Notes under the pieces: model-generated | Told to the model about the DNA's origin: nothing | Databases searched by the model: none | What the model saw: the letters and a program-made list of their open reading frames with translations, nothing else | Shown here: positions 1-9,970 of the stretch, piece after piece | How the letters are laid out: every line of letters starts with the position of its first letter | How positions within the stretch are numbered: position 1 is the stretch's first letter | From: an uncultured Bacteroides sp. | Lineage (GTDB): Bacteria > Bacteroidota > Bacteroidia > Bacteroidales > Muribaculaceae | Length of the DNA stretch: 53,762 nt | Direction: 5' to 3' | Assembly (NCBI GenBank): GCA_964488335.1 | Contig: CAZAUV010000001.1 | Location: forward strand, 1-53,762 | Program-made: the position numbers and the translations under genes

Positions 1-158
1 ACATCATCAAGCGTCAGCGTGGCACCGTCCACCATCCCGGCCTCAACGTAGGCATGGGCAAGGACCATACCATCTATGCCCTTATCGACGGCACCGTGGT
101 CTTCACAGTAGGCCGCAACGGTCGTCGCTTCATCAACGTCACTCCGGCCCAGGCCTGA
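1..158 (+). CDS. rpmA: 50S ribosomal protein L27, 3' part (truncated by window edge)
   Basis: Frame from nt 3 reads [34 protein letters not shown]...PAQA*, with the L27 signatures RQRG and GKDHT; TGA at 156-158. Confidence 0.95.
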   Translation, partial: IIKRQRGTVHHPGLNVGMGKDHTIYALIDGTVVFTVGRNGRRFINVTPAQA

Positions 159-180
159 GCATCACCGCATTGACCCCATC

Positions 181-217
181 AGTCGGGAGCCGTCGCAATC
201 GATGGCTCCCGACTTTT
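181..217 (+). terminator. Rho-independent terminator after rpmA
   Basis: AGTCGGGAGCCGTCG-caat-CGATGGCTCCCGACT hairpin followed by TTT. Confidence 0.8.
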
Positions 218-466
218 GTCGTGACTGTCAATGTCGCGTAGGATTTCGTGGGATGCCGCTGACCGTTTTCCGGGCGCCGGGTCGGTATCGTGAGGAGGTG
301 GTAGGCCAGGTTGTCGGGGATGTCGTGGAGAGGTGCAAGGCGACGTGTCTGAGCCCTTGGAGGAGGGAATCGGAAGGGGAGAGACATAGGGTAGTGTAAC
401 AGGCGGATTTTTAACAAAAAAAGTGAAATTTAACATTCGTTTAACTCCCTGCTTTGTTATATATTA

Positions 467-474
467 TAATTTTG
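467..474 (+). promoter_or_regulatory. Bacteroidetes sigma-A -7 element for moxR-bat operon
   Basis: TAATTTTG matches TAnnTTTG, 45 nt upstream of ATG 520 in an AT-rich region. Confidence 0.55.
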
Positions 475-519
475 TTTCCTAATTTATGATTTCTCCGCCC
501 ATCTTCACCATAACATTTT

Positions 520-1515
<996 letters not shown>

Positions 1516-1539
1516 TCCATTAACCTTCAGCTACTGATT

Positions 1540-2415
1540 GTGGAAGCAACCGACCTGCTCAAAAAAGTCAGGAAGATCGAGATAAAGACTCGCGGCCTGA
1601 GCCAGAACATCTTTGCCGGCGAATATCACACCGCCTTCAAGGGGCGCGGCATGATGTTTTCGGAGGTGCGCGAATATCAGTATGGCGACGACATCCGCGA
1701 CATTGACTGGAATGTCACCGCGCGTCACAACCATCCTTACGTAAAGGTCTACGAGGAGGAACGCGAGCTGACGGTAATGCTCCTTGTCGATGTCAGCCGC
1801 TCGCGCCTCTTCGGCGCCGTGGGCGAGGCCAAGCGCGAGATGATAGCCGAAGTGGCTGCCACCATCGCCTTCTCCGCCATCCAGAACAACGATAAGATCG
1901 GCGTCATTTTTTTCTCCGACCGCGTGGAGAAGTTCATACCCCCCAAGAAGGGGCGCAAGCATATCCTCTTCATCATCCGCGAGCTCCTCGACTTCACCCC
2001 CGAGAGCTCAGGCACCGACATCGCCGCAGCCCTCCGCTATTTTACCGACGCCCTGAAGAAGCGCGCCACAACCTTCCTTATCTCTGACTTCATCGACTCC
2101 CATGACTATGCCCGCGCCCTTGCCGTGGCCGGCAACCGCCATGATGTCATAGCCCTCCAGGTCTATGACAAGCGCGACGCGCAGCTCCCCGACGTGGGCC
2201 TCATCCGCCTGGCCGACCTCGAGACCGGGGCCGAGAAATGGGTCGACACCTCCTCGGGCCGTGTCCGCAAGGCTTACAGCAAATGGTGGTATGAGCGCCA
2301 GCAGGCCATGACAGAGTCAATGCAGAGCGCCAGGGTCGACATGGCCTCCGTGGCCACCGATGAGGATTATATCACCGCTCTGATGAGCCTCTTCCGCCGA
2401 CGAGGCTCTCACTAA
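1540..2415 (+). CDS. DUF58 domain (vWA-like) protein of bat operon
   Basis: GRGMMFSEVREYQYGDDIRDIDWNVTAR, EEERELTVMLLVDVSRS; follows moxR. Confidence 0.93.
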   Translation: MEATDLLKKVRKIEIKTRGLSQNIFAGEYHTAFKGRGMMFSEVREYQYGDDIRDIDWNVTARHNHPYVKVYEEERELTVMLLVDVSRSRLFGAVGEAKREMIAEVAATIAFSAIQNNDKIGVIFFSDRVEKFIPPKKGRKHILFIIRELLDFTPESSGTDIAAALRYFTDALKKRATTFLISDFIDSHDYARALAVAGNRHDVIALQVYDKRDAQLPDVGLIRLADLETGAEKWVDTSSGRVRKAYSKWWYERQQAMTESMQSARVDMASVATDEDYITALMSLFRRRGSH

Positions 2416-2444
2416 TCCCACCCCCTCCATCTCCTTCACCAGAT

Positions 2445-3464
2445 ATGACATTATCACCCATCCGCTGCCGGCTCTTAGCCCTAATCATGGTCATCGCATC
2501 GGCCGTGACCCTCGCAGCCGCGCCGACCGATATAGTTGTCAAGGCTTCTCTCGACTCCGCCACTCTCGAGATGGGGCGCGTGACAGCCCTCCATGTCGAG
2601 GTGTTTGGCACCATCGATGCGGCCGACTCCACGGCCACGGAAATCGACCTCACCTTCCCCGACTCCATCAAGGGACAGATTGAGGTGGCCGCCATCACCC
2701 CCGCCGAGGTCACCGACCTGGGCAACGGCCGCGCGCGTATCCTCCGCGACATCATCCTTCAGAGCTTTGACTCCGGAGTCTATGTAATCCCTCCGGTCCG
2801 TTACCTTGCCGGCAACGGTGAAGTCACATCCAATGAGTGTGTCATCAAGGTCTATCCCACCGAGGTAGACTCCCTGAAGACCATCCACGACTATGCCGAC
2901 GTGGTAAGCCCCCGGCGCGAGCTCCTCGATTATCTCCCTGACTGGATGGCACGCTACGGCCTCTGGATCCTCCTGGCCCTCGCCCTGATAGCAGCCGGAG
3001 TATGGGTCTATATCCGCCGCAGGAGTGGCCGCTCGCTCATCCCCGCTACCCCGGCCAAGAAGGAAGATCCCGTCGATGCAGCCCTCCGACAGCTGGGCGA
3101 GCTCCGCGAGGAGCAGCTCTGCCAGCGTGGCGAGGAGAAGCAATATTATACGCGCCTCACGGATATCCTGCGCATCTATCTCCACGACCGCTTCGGCATC
3201 AACGCCATGGAGATGACCTCCACCCAGATCCGCCGCGCCCTCGACTCCAATACTGCCACACGCCTTTCGACCGACCTGATGAGCCGCATCCTCGAGATGG
3301 CCGATTTCGTGAAGTTTGCAAAGGTGCGTCCGCTGCCCGACGACAATGTCGATGCCATGAACCGCGCCGTGAAGTTTATCGACGACACCCGTCCCGCTCC
3401 CGAGCCGGAAACTCCCGCAGGCTCCGACGCTCCCCAAACCCCTCAGCCCTCCTCTAAGAAATGA
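2445..3464 (+). CDS. Bat-operon membrane protein (signal peptide, Ig-like region, single TM)
   Basis: N-terminal signal, TM YGLWILLALALIAAGVWVY, C-terminal YYTRLTDILRIYL...EMTS...ADFVKFAK typical of the gene between DUF58 and batA. Confidence 0.8.
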   Translation: MTLSPIRCRLLALIMVIASAVTLAAAPTDIVVKASLDSATLEMGRVTALHVEVFGTIDAADSTATEIDLTFPDSIKGQIEVAAITPAEVTDLGNGRARILRDIILQSFDSGVYVIPPVRYLAGNGEVTSNECVIKVYPTEVDSLKTIHDYADVVSPRRELLDYLPDWMARYGLWILLALALIAAGVWVYIRRRSGRSLIPATPAKKEDPVDAALRQLGELREEQLCQRGEEKQYYTRLTDILRIYLHDRFGINAMEMTSTQIRRALDSNTATRLSTDLMSRILEMADFVKFAKVRPLPDDNVDAMNRAVKFIDDTRPAPEPETPAGSDAPQTPQPSSKK

Positions 3465-4447
3465 CCTTCGCTAATCCCGACATTCTCTGGGGCCTCCTTA
3501 TCCTCGTCCCCTACATAGCCTGGTATATATGGAAGCGCGGGCGCCTCCATGCCTCTGTGGCCATATCGTCGCTGGCCCCGCTGGCGTCGACGGGCCGCTC
3601 ATTCCGCTCGCTCCTCCTCCACGGGCTCTTCTTCGTCCGCCTCGCGGCCATTGCTGCTCTCATAGTGGTGATAGCCCGACCGCAGACTCGCGACAAATGG
3701 AGCTCCACCTCCACAGAGGGCACCGACATAGTCCTGGCCATTGACCTCTCGACATCGATGCTTGCCCGCGACTTCAAGCCCGACCGTTTCGAGGCCGCCA
3801 AAGAGGTTGCCGCTCAATTCGTTGCCGGGCGCGAGAGCGATAACATCGGCGTGGTGATCTTTGCAGGGGAAGCCTTCACGGCCGTCCCGATGACCACCGA
3901 CCGCGCGCTCCTTGTCAACTATATCAAAGACCTCCGCATGGGCATGCTTCAGGACAATACCGCTATCGGCGACGGCCTCGCTACGGCCATCAACCGCATC
4001 AAGGAGGGCAAAGCCAAGAGCAAGAGCATCATCCTCCTGACCGACGGCTCCAACAACACCGGTATCGTGGCACCCGCCACCGCCGCCGAGATTGCCCGCA
4101 AATATGGCATCAAGGTCTATACCATAGGCATCGGCCGAAACGGTACGGCCCCTTATCCCACCGAAAACGCTTTCGGCCGCATCGAGTATGTCAATATGCC
4201 GGTAGTCATCGACGAAGCCACCCTTCAGTCGATAGCATCCACCACCGGCGGCCGTTATTTCCGCGCCACCGGCAATAATGTCCTTTCAGAAATATTCAAA
4301 GAAATCGACTCGCTGGAGAAGACCGCTATCGACGTCCGCAATTTCTCCCACACCGAAGATAATTTCCTCCCCTGGGCTCTCCTCGCCGCCCTTCTCCTCT
4401 CTCTGGAGCTCATCTGCCGCTTCACCATCCTCCGCTCCATCCCCTAA
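3461..4447 (+). CDS. batA: BatA, vWA domain aerotolerance protein
   Basis: BatA N-terminal TM (MTFANP..LW), MIDAS DLSTSM, ILLTDGSNN; ATGA overlap with upstream gene. Confidence 0.92.
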   Translation: MTFANPDILWGLLILVPYIAWYIWKRGRLHASVAISSLAPLASTGRSFRSLLLHGLFFVRLAAIAALIVVIARPQTRDKWSSTSTEGTDIVLAIDLSTSMLARDFKPDRFEAAKEVAAQFVAGRESDNIGVVIFAGEAFTAVPMTTDRALLVNYIKDLRMGMLQDNTAIGDGLATAINRIKEGKAKSKSIILLTDGSNNTGIVAPATAAEIARKYGIKVYTIGIGRNGTAPYPTENAFGRIEYVNMPVVIDEATLQSIASTTGGRYFRATGNNVLSEIFKEIDSLEKTAIDVRNFSHTEDNFLPWALLAALLLSLELICRFTILRSIP

Positions 4448-4450
4448 GCT

Positions 4451-5509
4451 ATGATCACCTTTGTCAATCCACAATATCTCTATCTGCTGATCGCCGTCCC
4501 GGTGATCGCCGCCCTCTGGTTTCTGAGCCGGATGGCGCGCCGGCGCAAGCTCCGCCGCTTCGGCCGCCCCGAGGTGATAAAGGCTCTCATGCCCGAAGCC
4601 TCGCGCTATACCGGATGGATCAAGCTCACCCTTGAGCTTCTCGCCCTGACGCTGATTATCATCGCTATAGCCCGCCCGATAGTGCCCTCCGCCTCCGACG
4701 ACACCGCCGAGACCACCACCGCCCGGGGCATCGAGCTGATGATATGCCTCGACGTCAGCAACTCCATGCTCGCCTCAGCCTCCGACGACCCCGGGGGCGT
4801 CAGCCGCCTGCGTCGCGCGAAGTTTATCCTCGAAAAGCTCGTCGACAAGCTCCAAAACGACAAGATCGGCCTCATAGTATTTGCCGGAGAAAGCTACACC
4901 CAGCTCCCGATCACCTCTGACTATATCTCTGCCAGGATGTTTATCGACGGCCTCTCGACAGAGATGGTCCCCACCCAGGGCACGGCCATTGGCTCGGCTA
5001 TCGATATGGCCATGAACTCCTTCACTCCCGAGAGCGATATGGACAAGGCTATAGTGATCATCACCGATGGCGAAAACTTTGAGGACGATGCCAAGGCCGA
5101 AGCCGCCCGCGCAGCCCAGGCCGGTATCCAGGTGGATGTGATAGGCCTCGGCACTGCCGGTGGCGCTCCCATCCCCACACCAAAGGGCATGGGCACCGGC
5201 AAGTATCTCACCGACCAGAACGGTCAGGTGGTGGTCACATCGCTCAATGAGGCGGAGGCCCGCGAGATAGCCTCCGCAGGCAACGGCATCTTCCTCCAGG
5301 GCTCCGACCCCGCCGTGGTCTCCGACCTCGACAGCCAGCTCTCCAAGCTCTCCAAGACCGAATATCAGCGGCTGACAGCCTCTCCCTCGGCCGAGCTTTT
5401 CCCCCTGCTCGCCATCGTGGCCCTGATAATCCTCCTTATCGACACCATCATACCTTACCGCAAGATTTCGTGGCTCCGCGGCATCAACTTCTTCTCCAAA
5501 GCCAAATGA
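4451..5509 (+). CDS. batB: BatB, vWA domain protein
   Basis: MIDAS DVSNSM, QLPITSD, IITDGE; follows batA. Confidence 0.9.
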   Translation: MITFVNPQYLYLLIAVPVIAALWFLSRMARRRKLRRFGRPEVIKALMPEASRYTGWIKLTLELLALTLIIIAIARPIVPSASDDTAETTTARGIELMICLDVSNSMLASASDDPGGVSRLRRAKFILEKLVDKLQNDKIGLIVFAGESYTQLPITSDYISARMFIDGLSTEMVPTQGTAIGSAIDMAMNSFTPESDMDKAIVIITDGENFEDDAKAEAARAAQAGIQVDVIGLGTAGGAPIPTPKGMGTGKYLTDQNGQVVVTSLNEAEAREIASAGNGIFLQGSDPAVVSDLDSQLSKLSKTEYQRLTASPSAELFPLLAIVALIILLIDTIIPYRKISWLRGINFFSKAK

Positions 5510-6390
5510 TGACTCTCTCTGCCTTACCTTTATCATCCATATACCGCCCTCTGAGAGTGGCCATAGCCACCCTCGCCATCATGGTAGCCGGCTCTGCCGG
5601 GGTCAGCGCCGACAGCAAGACCGCCCCGGCCTCCAACCGCTATGAGCGAAATTATATCGTCGACGGCAATAAGCTCTATCGCCAGAGCCGCTTTGCCGAG
5701 GCCGAGACCATGTATAAGAAGGCCCTGGAGCAAAATCCCACCTCTGCCGAGGCCCGCTTCAATCTCGCTGCTTCATATATCCGCCAGAGCGGCTCGGCTG
5801 ATCCCAACGCCGACCGAAATCCTATGGGCGAGGCCCGAAATATCCTGAGCGACTTGGCCCAACTGCGCTCCGATATGACCGATGCCGAGCGAAACATAGC
5901 TCGCCTGGCCAACTATAACCTTGGAAATATTGCGTTTAACAACAACGACTTCTCCGCTGCCATCGAAAACTACAAGCGGGCCCTCCGCATCGACCCCGAC
6001 GATGACCGTGCCCGCCAAAACCTCCGCTTGGCTCAGCTCAAGCTCAAGGAGCAACAGCAGCAGGACCAGAATAAAGACCAAAACCAGAACCAGGACAACG
6101 ACCAGCAGCAAGATCAGAACAAAGATCAGAACCGGGACCAAAATCAAGACCAAGACAAGAGTCAAGACCAGAATAAAGACAATAAAGATCAGAATCAAGA
6201 CCAGCCTCAGGGCCAGGACGACAAGAAGAAAGACAAGCCTCAAAACCAGCGCTCGGGCATAAGCGACGCCAACGCCGAGCAGATACTCAAAGCGATGGAA
6301 AATGAAGAGGCTGCCACGCGCAAGCGCGTCGAAGCCGAGCGCCGGAAGGCGGAAGCAGCCAAGCGTCGCCGAGTGACCAACCCCTGGTAA
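5506..6390 (+). CDS. batC: BatC, TPR protein with Q/D/N-rich linker
   Basis: TPR repeats (YKKALEQNP, YNLGN...YKRALRIDPDD), QDQN low-complexity tract, C-terminal W; ATG 5506 overlaps batB stop (ATGA). Confidence 0.88.
   Translation: MMTLSALPLSSIYRPLRVAIATLAIMVAGSAGVSADSKTAPASNRYERNYIVDGNKLYRQSRFAEAETMYKKALEQNPTSAEARFNLAASYIRQSGSADPNADRNPMGEARNILSDLAQLRSDMTDAERNIARLANYNLGNIAFNNNDFSAAIENYKRALRIDPDDDRARQNLRLAQLKLKEQQQQDQNKDQNQNQDNDQQQDQNKDQNRDQNQDQDKSQDQNKDNKDQNQDQPQGQDDKKKDKPQNQRSGISDANAEQILKAMENEEAATRKRVEAERRKAEAAKRRRVTNPW
6049..6245 (+). repeat. Low-complexity coding repeat (QDQN/KDQN)n in batC
   Basis: Repeated CAGAAYAAAGAC/CAAGACCAG units. Confidence 0.8.
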
Positions 6391-6429
6391 ATCTTTATCG
6401 TCTACCCCATCACCACCCTCCTAACCGTC

Positions 6430-8265
6430 ATGAAACGCCTCATAACCACCCTCTGGCTCTTCACCCTGATAGCCCTCGCGGCTGCCGCCCAGACCTCCTT
6501 CTCGGTCCAGGCCCCGCAGCGTGTCAGAGCCGGCGAGAAGTTTGCCGTGACCTTCCGCCTTGCCAACGGCGACAATCCCTCTTCTCTTAAAGTGCCTCAG
6601 ATAGAGGGGTGTGAGCTCCTCTTCGGGCCCGCCCAGAGCACCCGTCAGAGCTATCAGATCATCAACGGGCAGGCCTCTTCATCGTCGTCGATTGACTATA
6701 CCTACACCTATCGTGCCGGTAAGCCCGGCACTTATACCATCGGCGAGGCTTCAATCACTTCGGGCGGCAAGACCTACCGCTCCTCTCAGGCACGCTTCAC
6801 CGTGGTCGACAATCCCAAGATTGATCAGCAACAGGGCGGCTATGGCAGCAATTCGCAATCTCAACAGCCTCAGGTGTCGATTGACGATATCGACACCCAG
6901 TCGGCCGGCCGCGCCGTCAATTCCGGCGATGTGATCGTCAGAATTATCCTTGCCCGCAACAATGTCTATGAGCAGGAGCCTGTCGAGTGTACCATCAAGC
7001 TCTATACCAAATATAACATATCCTCATTCCGCCCGACAATCCAGCCATCATTTGACGGCTGCCTGATCGAAGAGCTCGATGTCCGCCCCGCTCTCAACGA
7101 GGTGGAGCGCTACAATGGCCAGGATTATTACACCGCTATCCTCAAGCGCTGTATCCTGTTTCCACAGAAGTCGGGTAAGATCACTATCAATTCAGGCAAC
7201 TATGATATGACCGTCATCCAGTATGAGCAGGTCAACATGGGCTTCGTGACGATGCGTAATCCTGTGGAGCGCGACATTAAGGTGACCAGCAATTCCGCCA
7301 CCCTCAACGTCAATCCGCTCCCGACGCCGGCTCCCGATGGCTTCACCGGAGCTGTCGGTCACTTCTCGATAGACTCCCGCCTGGTGGGCAACACCTTCCG
7401 GACCAACGACCCCGCCACCCTCATCTATACCATCACAGGCTCGGGCAACATAAAATATCTCAAGGAGCCGGCCCCCGACTTCCCCTCCGAATTTGAGCAA
7501 TATTCACCCAAGGCCGAGACAGATACACGGCTTAGCGGAGCCAATATCGCCGGCACCATGACTATCGAATATACCTTCGTGCCCACCACCACCGGCGACT
7601 TCACCATCGGGGCAGACAAGTTTGTCTACTTCGATCCATCTGACCGACAATACCACACCTTAACCACTCCCTCTTATCCCATCCATGTGGTCAAAGGCGC
7701 TTCGACCCCTGTATCTGACCGCGACCGCAAGGATATCGAGGCCAAGAATACTGACATACGCCATATCCGCCTCGGGGCATCGGGCCATATCAAGCAGCTT
7801 GAGCCCGTGGCCTATCAATGGTGGTATTGGGCCCTCTATATCCTGCTTATAATAGCCCTCATAGGCGCCACGGCAGCTTACGGCAAGCATGCCCGCGCCA
7901 TGGCCGACGTGGCCGGCCGACGCAACGCCCGCGCCGGGAAGGCCGCCCGCCGGCGCCTCGCCGCGGCCAAGGCCCTCCTTGACAAGGGTGATACCGCAAA
8001 ATTCCACGAAGAGCTCCTCCGTGCCCTCTGGGGCTACCTCGGCGACAAGCTCCGCCTCAATGCCTCGCAGCTCACCCGCCCCACGGTGACCTCAGTCCTC
8101 ACCGAGCGCTTCGGCGACAAGGGCGCCGATGTGGCCGCTCAGTTTGCCGGCGTGATCGATGCCTGCGAGCTCGCCCGCTATACGCCCGTCGAAGCTGATG
8201 CTCCCCGTCATCTCTACGACAGCGCCGCCGCTGCCATCAACAGTCTTGAGAGCCTCAAAGCCTAA
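6430..8265 (+). CDS. batD: BatD family protein
   Basis: Signal peptide, Ig-like repeats, FTGAVGHF motif, C-terminal TM; operon position. Confidence 0.9.
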   Translation: MKRLITTLWLFTLIALAAAAQTSFSVQAPQRVRAGEKFAVTFRLANGDNPSSLKVPQIEGCELLFGPAQSTRQSYQIINGQASSSSSIDYTYTYRAGKPGTYTIGEASITSGGKTYRSSQARFTVVDNPKIDQQQGGYGSNSQSQQPQVSIDDIDTQSAGRAVNSGDVIVRIILARNNVYEQEPVECTIKLYTKYNISSFRPTIQPSFDGCLIEELDVRPALNEVERYNGQDYYTAILKRCILFPQKSGKITINSGNYDMTVIQYEQVNMGFVTMRNPVERDIKVTSNSATLNVNPLPTPAPDGFTGAVGHFSIDSRLVGNTFRTNDPATLIYTITGSGNIKYLKEPAPDFPSEFEQYSPKAETDTRLSGANIAGTMTIEYTFVPTTTGDFTIGADKFVYFDPSDRQYHTLTTPSYPIHVVKGASTPVSDRDRKDIEAKNTDIRHIRLGASGHIKQLEPVAYQWWYWALYILLIIALIGATAAYGKHARAMADVAGRRNARAGKAARRRLAAAKALLDKGDTAKFHEELLRALWGYLGDKLRLNASQLTRPTVTSVLTERFGDKGADVAAQFAGVIDACELARYTPVEADAPRHLYDSAAAAINSLESLKA

Positions 8266-8279
8266 TTCCTTTGCCTAAC

Positions 8280-9059
8280 ATGACACGCTTTCTTTCCCTT
8301 ATCGCCATAGCCATCCTGGCATCTTTCCGCCTGATGGCCTCCCCGCTGACCGAGCGCGCCGACTCGGCTTATTCGGCCGATAACTTCCAGCAGGCCCTCG
8401 AGCTCTACACCGAGGAGCTCACCTCCCGGGGAGCCTCTGCCGAGCTCTGGTATAATATCGGCAACACTCAGTATCGGCTCGGCAATCTCGGCAAAGCAAT
8501 CATAGCTTATCATCGCTCCCTGATTCTTGATCCCACCGGTGATGATGCCCGGGCAAATCTTGCCTTCGTCTCGGCCAAGACCATTGACCGCCCCGGCGAC
8601 ACCGGCTCCTTTATCTCCAACACGGCCGACACCATCGCCGCCTCAGCCTCGGCAGATGCGTGGGCCTGGATTGCCTTTGCTCTCTTTGCGCTCTGCATTG
8701 GCGGAGTGGCGGCATATATCTTCGGCCGATCCATCCCCCTTCGCAAGACAGGCTTCTTCGGGGCAATCCTGCTCCTCATAGCCGCCGTTGCAGCCATAGC
8801 CATAGCCCTCCGCGCCGCTTCCACCGCCACTGATGGCGACCGCGCCGTAATCACCGCATCATCGACCATCCTCTCCACTTCGCCCCGCGATCCAAAGGAC
8901 CGCTCCGAAGAGGCAATGCTCCTCCACGAAGGGACCCTCCTTGAGATTATCGATTCTGTGGCCGTCCCGGGCGATACCACCGGCATGAAATGGCTTGATG
9001 TCCGCATTGACAATAATCATCGGGCCTGGATAAAATCAACAGCCATGGAGCGCATATGA
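8280..9059 (+). CDS. batE: BatE, TPR + SH3-like protein
   Basis: Signal peptide, WYNIGNTQYRLGNLGKAIIAY, two TMs, LHEGT...WI SH3-like end; ATG 8280 preferred over TTG 8271. Confidence 0.88.
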   Translation: MTRFLSLIAIAILASFRLMASPLTERADSAYSADNFQQALELYTEELTSRGASAELWYNIGNTQYRLGNLGKAIIAYHRSLILDPTGDDARANLAFVSAKTIDRPGDTGSFISNTADTIAASASADAWAWIAFALFALCIGGVAAYIFGRSIPLRKTGFFGAILLLIAAVAAIAIALRAASTATDGDRAVITASSTILSTSPRDPKDRSEEAMLLHEGTLLEIIDSVAVPGDTTGMKWLDVRIDNNHRAWIKSTAMERI

Positions 9060-9063
9060 GAGA

Positions 9064-9081
9064 ATATGTTGTAAAACATAT
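9064..9081. promoter_or_regulatory. Palindromic operator resembling the Bacteroides Crp-like Cur (BT4338) site
   Basis: ATATGTT-GTAA-AACATAT, a perfect 7-bp inverted repeat fitting TATGTTnTAnAACATA. Confidence 0.65.
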
Positions 9082-9188
9082 CCATTTTTTCCGCCCCTTT
9101 TTGCCTCTATTCCAAAAATCTTTCATAACTTCACCAAAGAATTACCCACTCCCTCGATATCAATCAACCATCATAAACCCTATTTATT

Positions 9189-9446
9189 ATGGCTAAAACC
9201 ATCACATTCAACGAGTTGCGCCGTCTGAAAGACAGCCTGCCCGATGGAGCGACCCACCAGATCGCCGACAAGCTCAATGTCACCGTACAGACCGTCCGCA
9301 ACTATTTTGGCGGCGCTAACTATGAGTTTGGCAAAAATGCCGGCGTACATATCGAGCCCGGTCCCGACGGAGGCATCGTGGTCCTCGACGACGAGACCAT
9401 CTACGATATGGCTGTTGAAATCCTTAAAAACGAGGGTAAGGCTTAA
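9189..9446 (+). CDS. Small conserved Bacteroidales HTH-like DNA-binding protein
   Basis: 85 aa, IADKLNVTVQTVRNYFGG helix-turn-helix-like segment; AT-rich leader; own terminator. Confidence 0.8.
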   Translation: MAKTITFNELRRLKDSLPDGATHQIADKLNVTVQTVRNYFGGANYEFGKNAGVHIEPGPDGGIVVLDDETIYDMAVEILKNEGKA

Positions 9447-9472
9447 GGTCAGCCCCCTCCATCTCCTCATAA

Positions 9473-9523
9473 GCATCGTCTTTGACGGCCATCACGGGCC
9501 GGCGGAGACGATGCCTCTTTTTT
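9473..9523 (+). terminator. Rho-independent terminator
   Basis: GCATCGTCT...AGACGATGC stem followed by CTCTTTTTT. Confidence 0.65.
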
Positions 9524-9532
9524 CACCCACGA

Positions 9533-9560
9533 TAAACCTCCGGGCTCTTCACGGCGTTGA
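9533..9560 (+). promoter_or_regulatory. Putative ECF-sigma promoter for GNAT gene
   Basis: TAAACC-N16-CGTTGA (AAC / CGT ECF-type boxes). Confidence 0.4.
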
Positions 9561-9591
9561 TACTTCAAACACACCGATTAACATCTTAACT

Positions 9592-9882
9592 ATGGAATAT
9601 CTCACCGAGACCGGCCGCATCTATGCCACCGACCCCGCCGGAAAACTCCTTGCCGAAGTTACTTTTCCCACCATCGACGGCATCTCTGTCATTGACCACA
9701 CCTTCGTAGACCCCTCTCTGCGGGGCCGGGGGATAGCAGGCGAACTGGTGCGCCGAGCAGCCGATGAAATCCTCGCTTCAGGTGGCCGCATCGGAGCTAC
9801 GTGTCCCTATGCCGTGACATGGCTCGAGCGCCATCCCGAATATCCCACCGCCCCCTGCGGGCCGGCGGCCTGCCGTCTCTGA
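9592..9882 (+). CDS. YjdJ-like GNAT family N-acetyltransferase
   Basis: IDHTFVDPSLRGRGIAGELV...ATCPYA; start taken at ATG 9592 within the longer ORF 9244-9882. Confidence 0.85.
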   Translation: MEYLTETGRIYATDPAGKLLAEVTFPTIDGISVIDHTFVDPSLRGRGIAGELVRRAADEILASGGRIGATCPYAVTWLERHPEYPTAPCGPAACRL

Positions 9883-9970
9883 TACCATACCCTTAGGCCT
9901 TAATACTCTGATGAGGGTATTCCGGCGAGAGCTTTTTTTGACTACCTTTGCAGTCAAAATTGACTCCCGT

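Noticed and set aside
218-400. Purine-rich intergenic stretch with short ORFs (139-417, 179-436, 202-399)
   Set aside because: No recognisable protein motifs; the ORFs overlap rpmA or its terminator; no supporting promoter or RNA structure seen
9244-9591. N-terminal extension of the 212-aa ORF
   Set aside because: Overlaps the HTH gene and a terminator; the GNAT domain starts at ATG 9592
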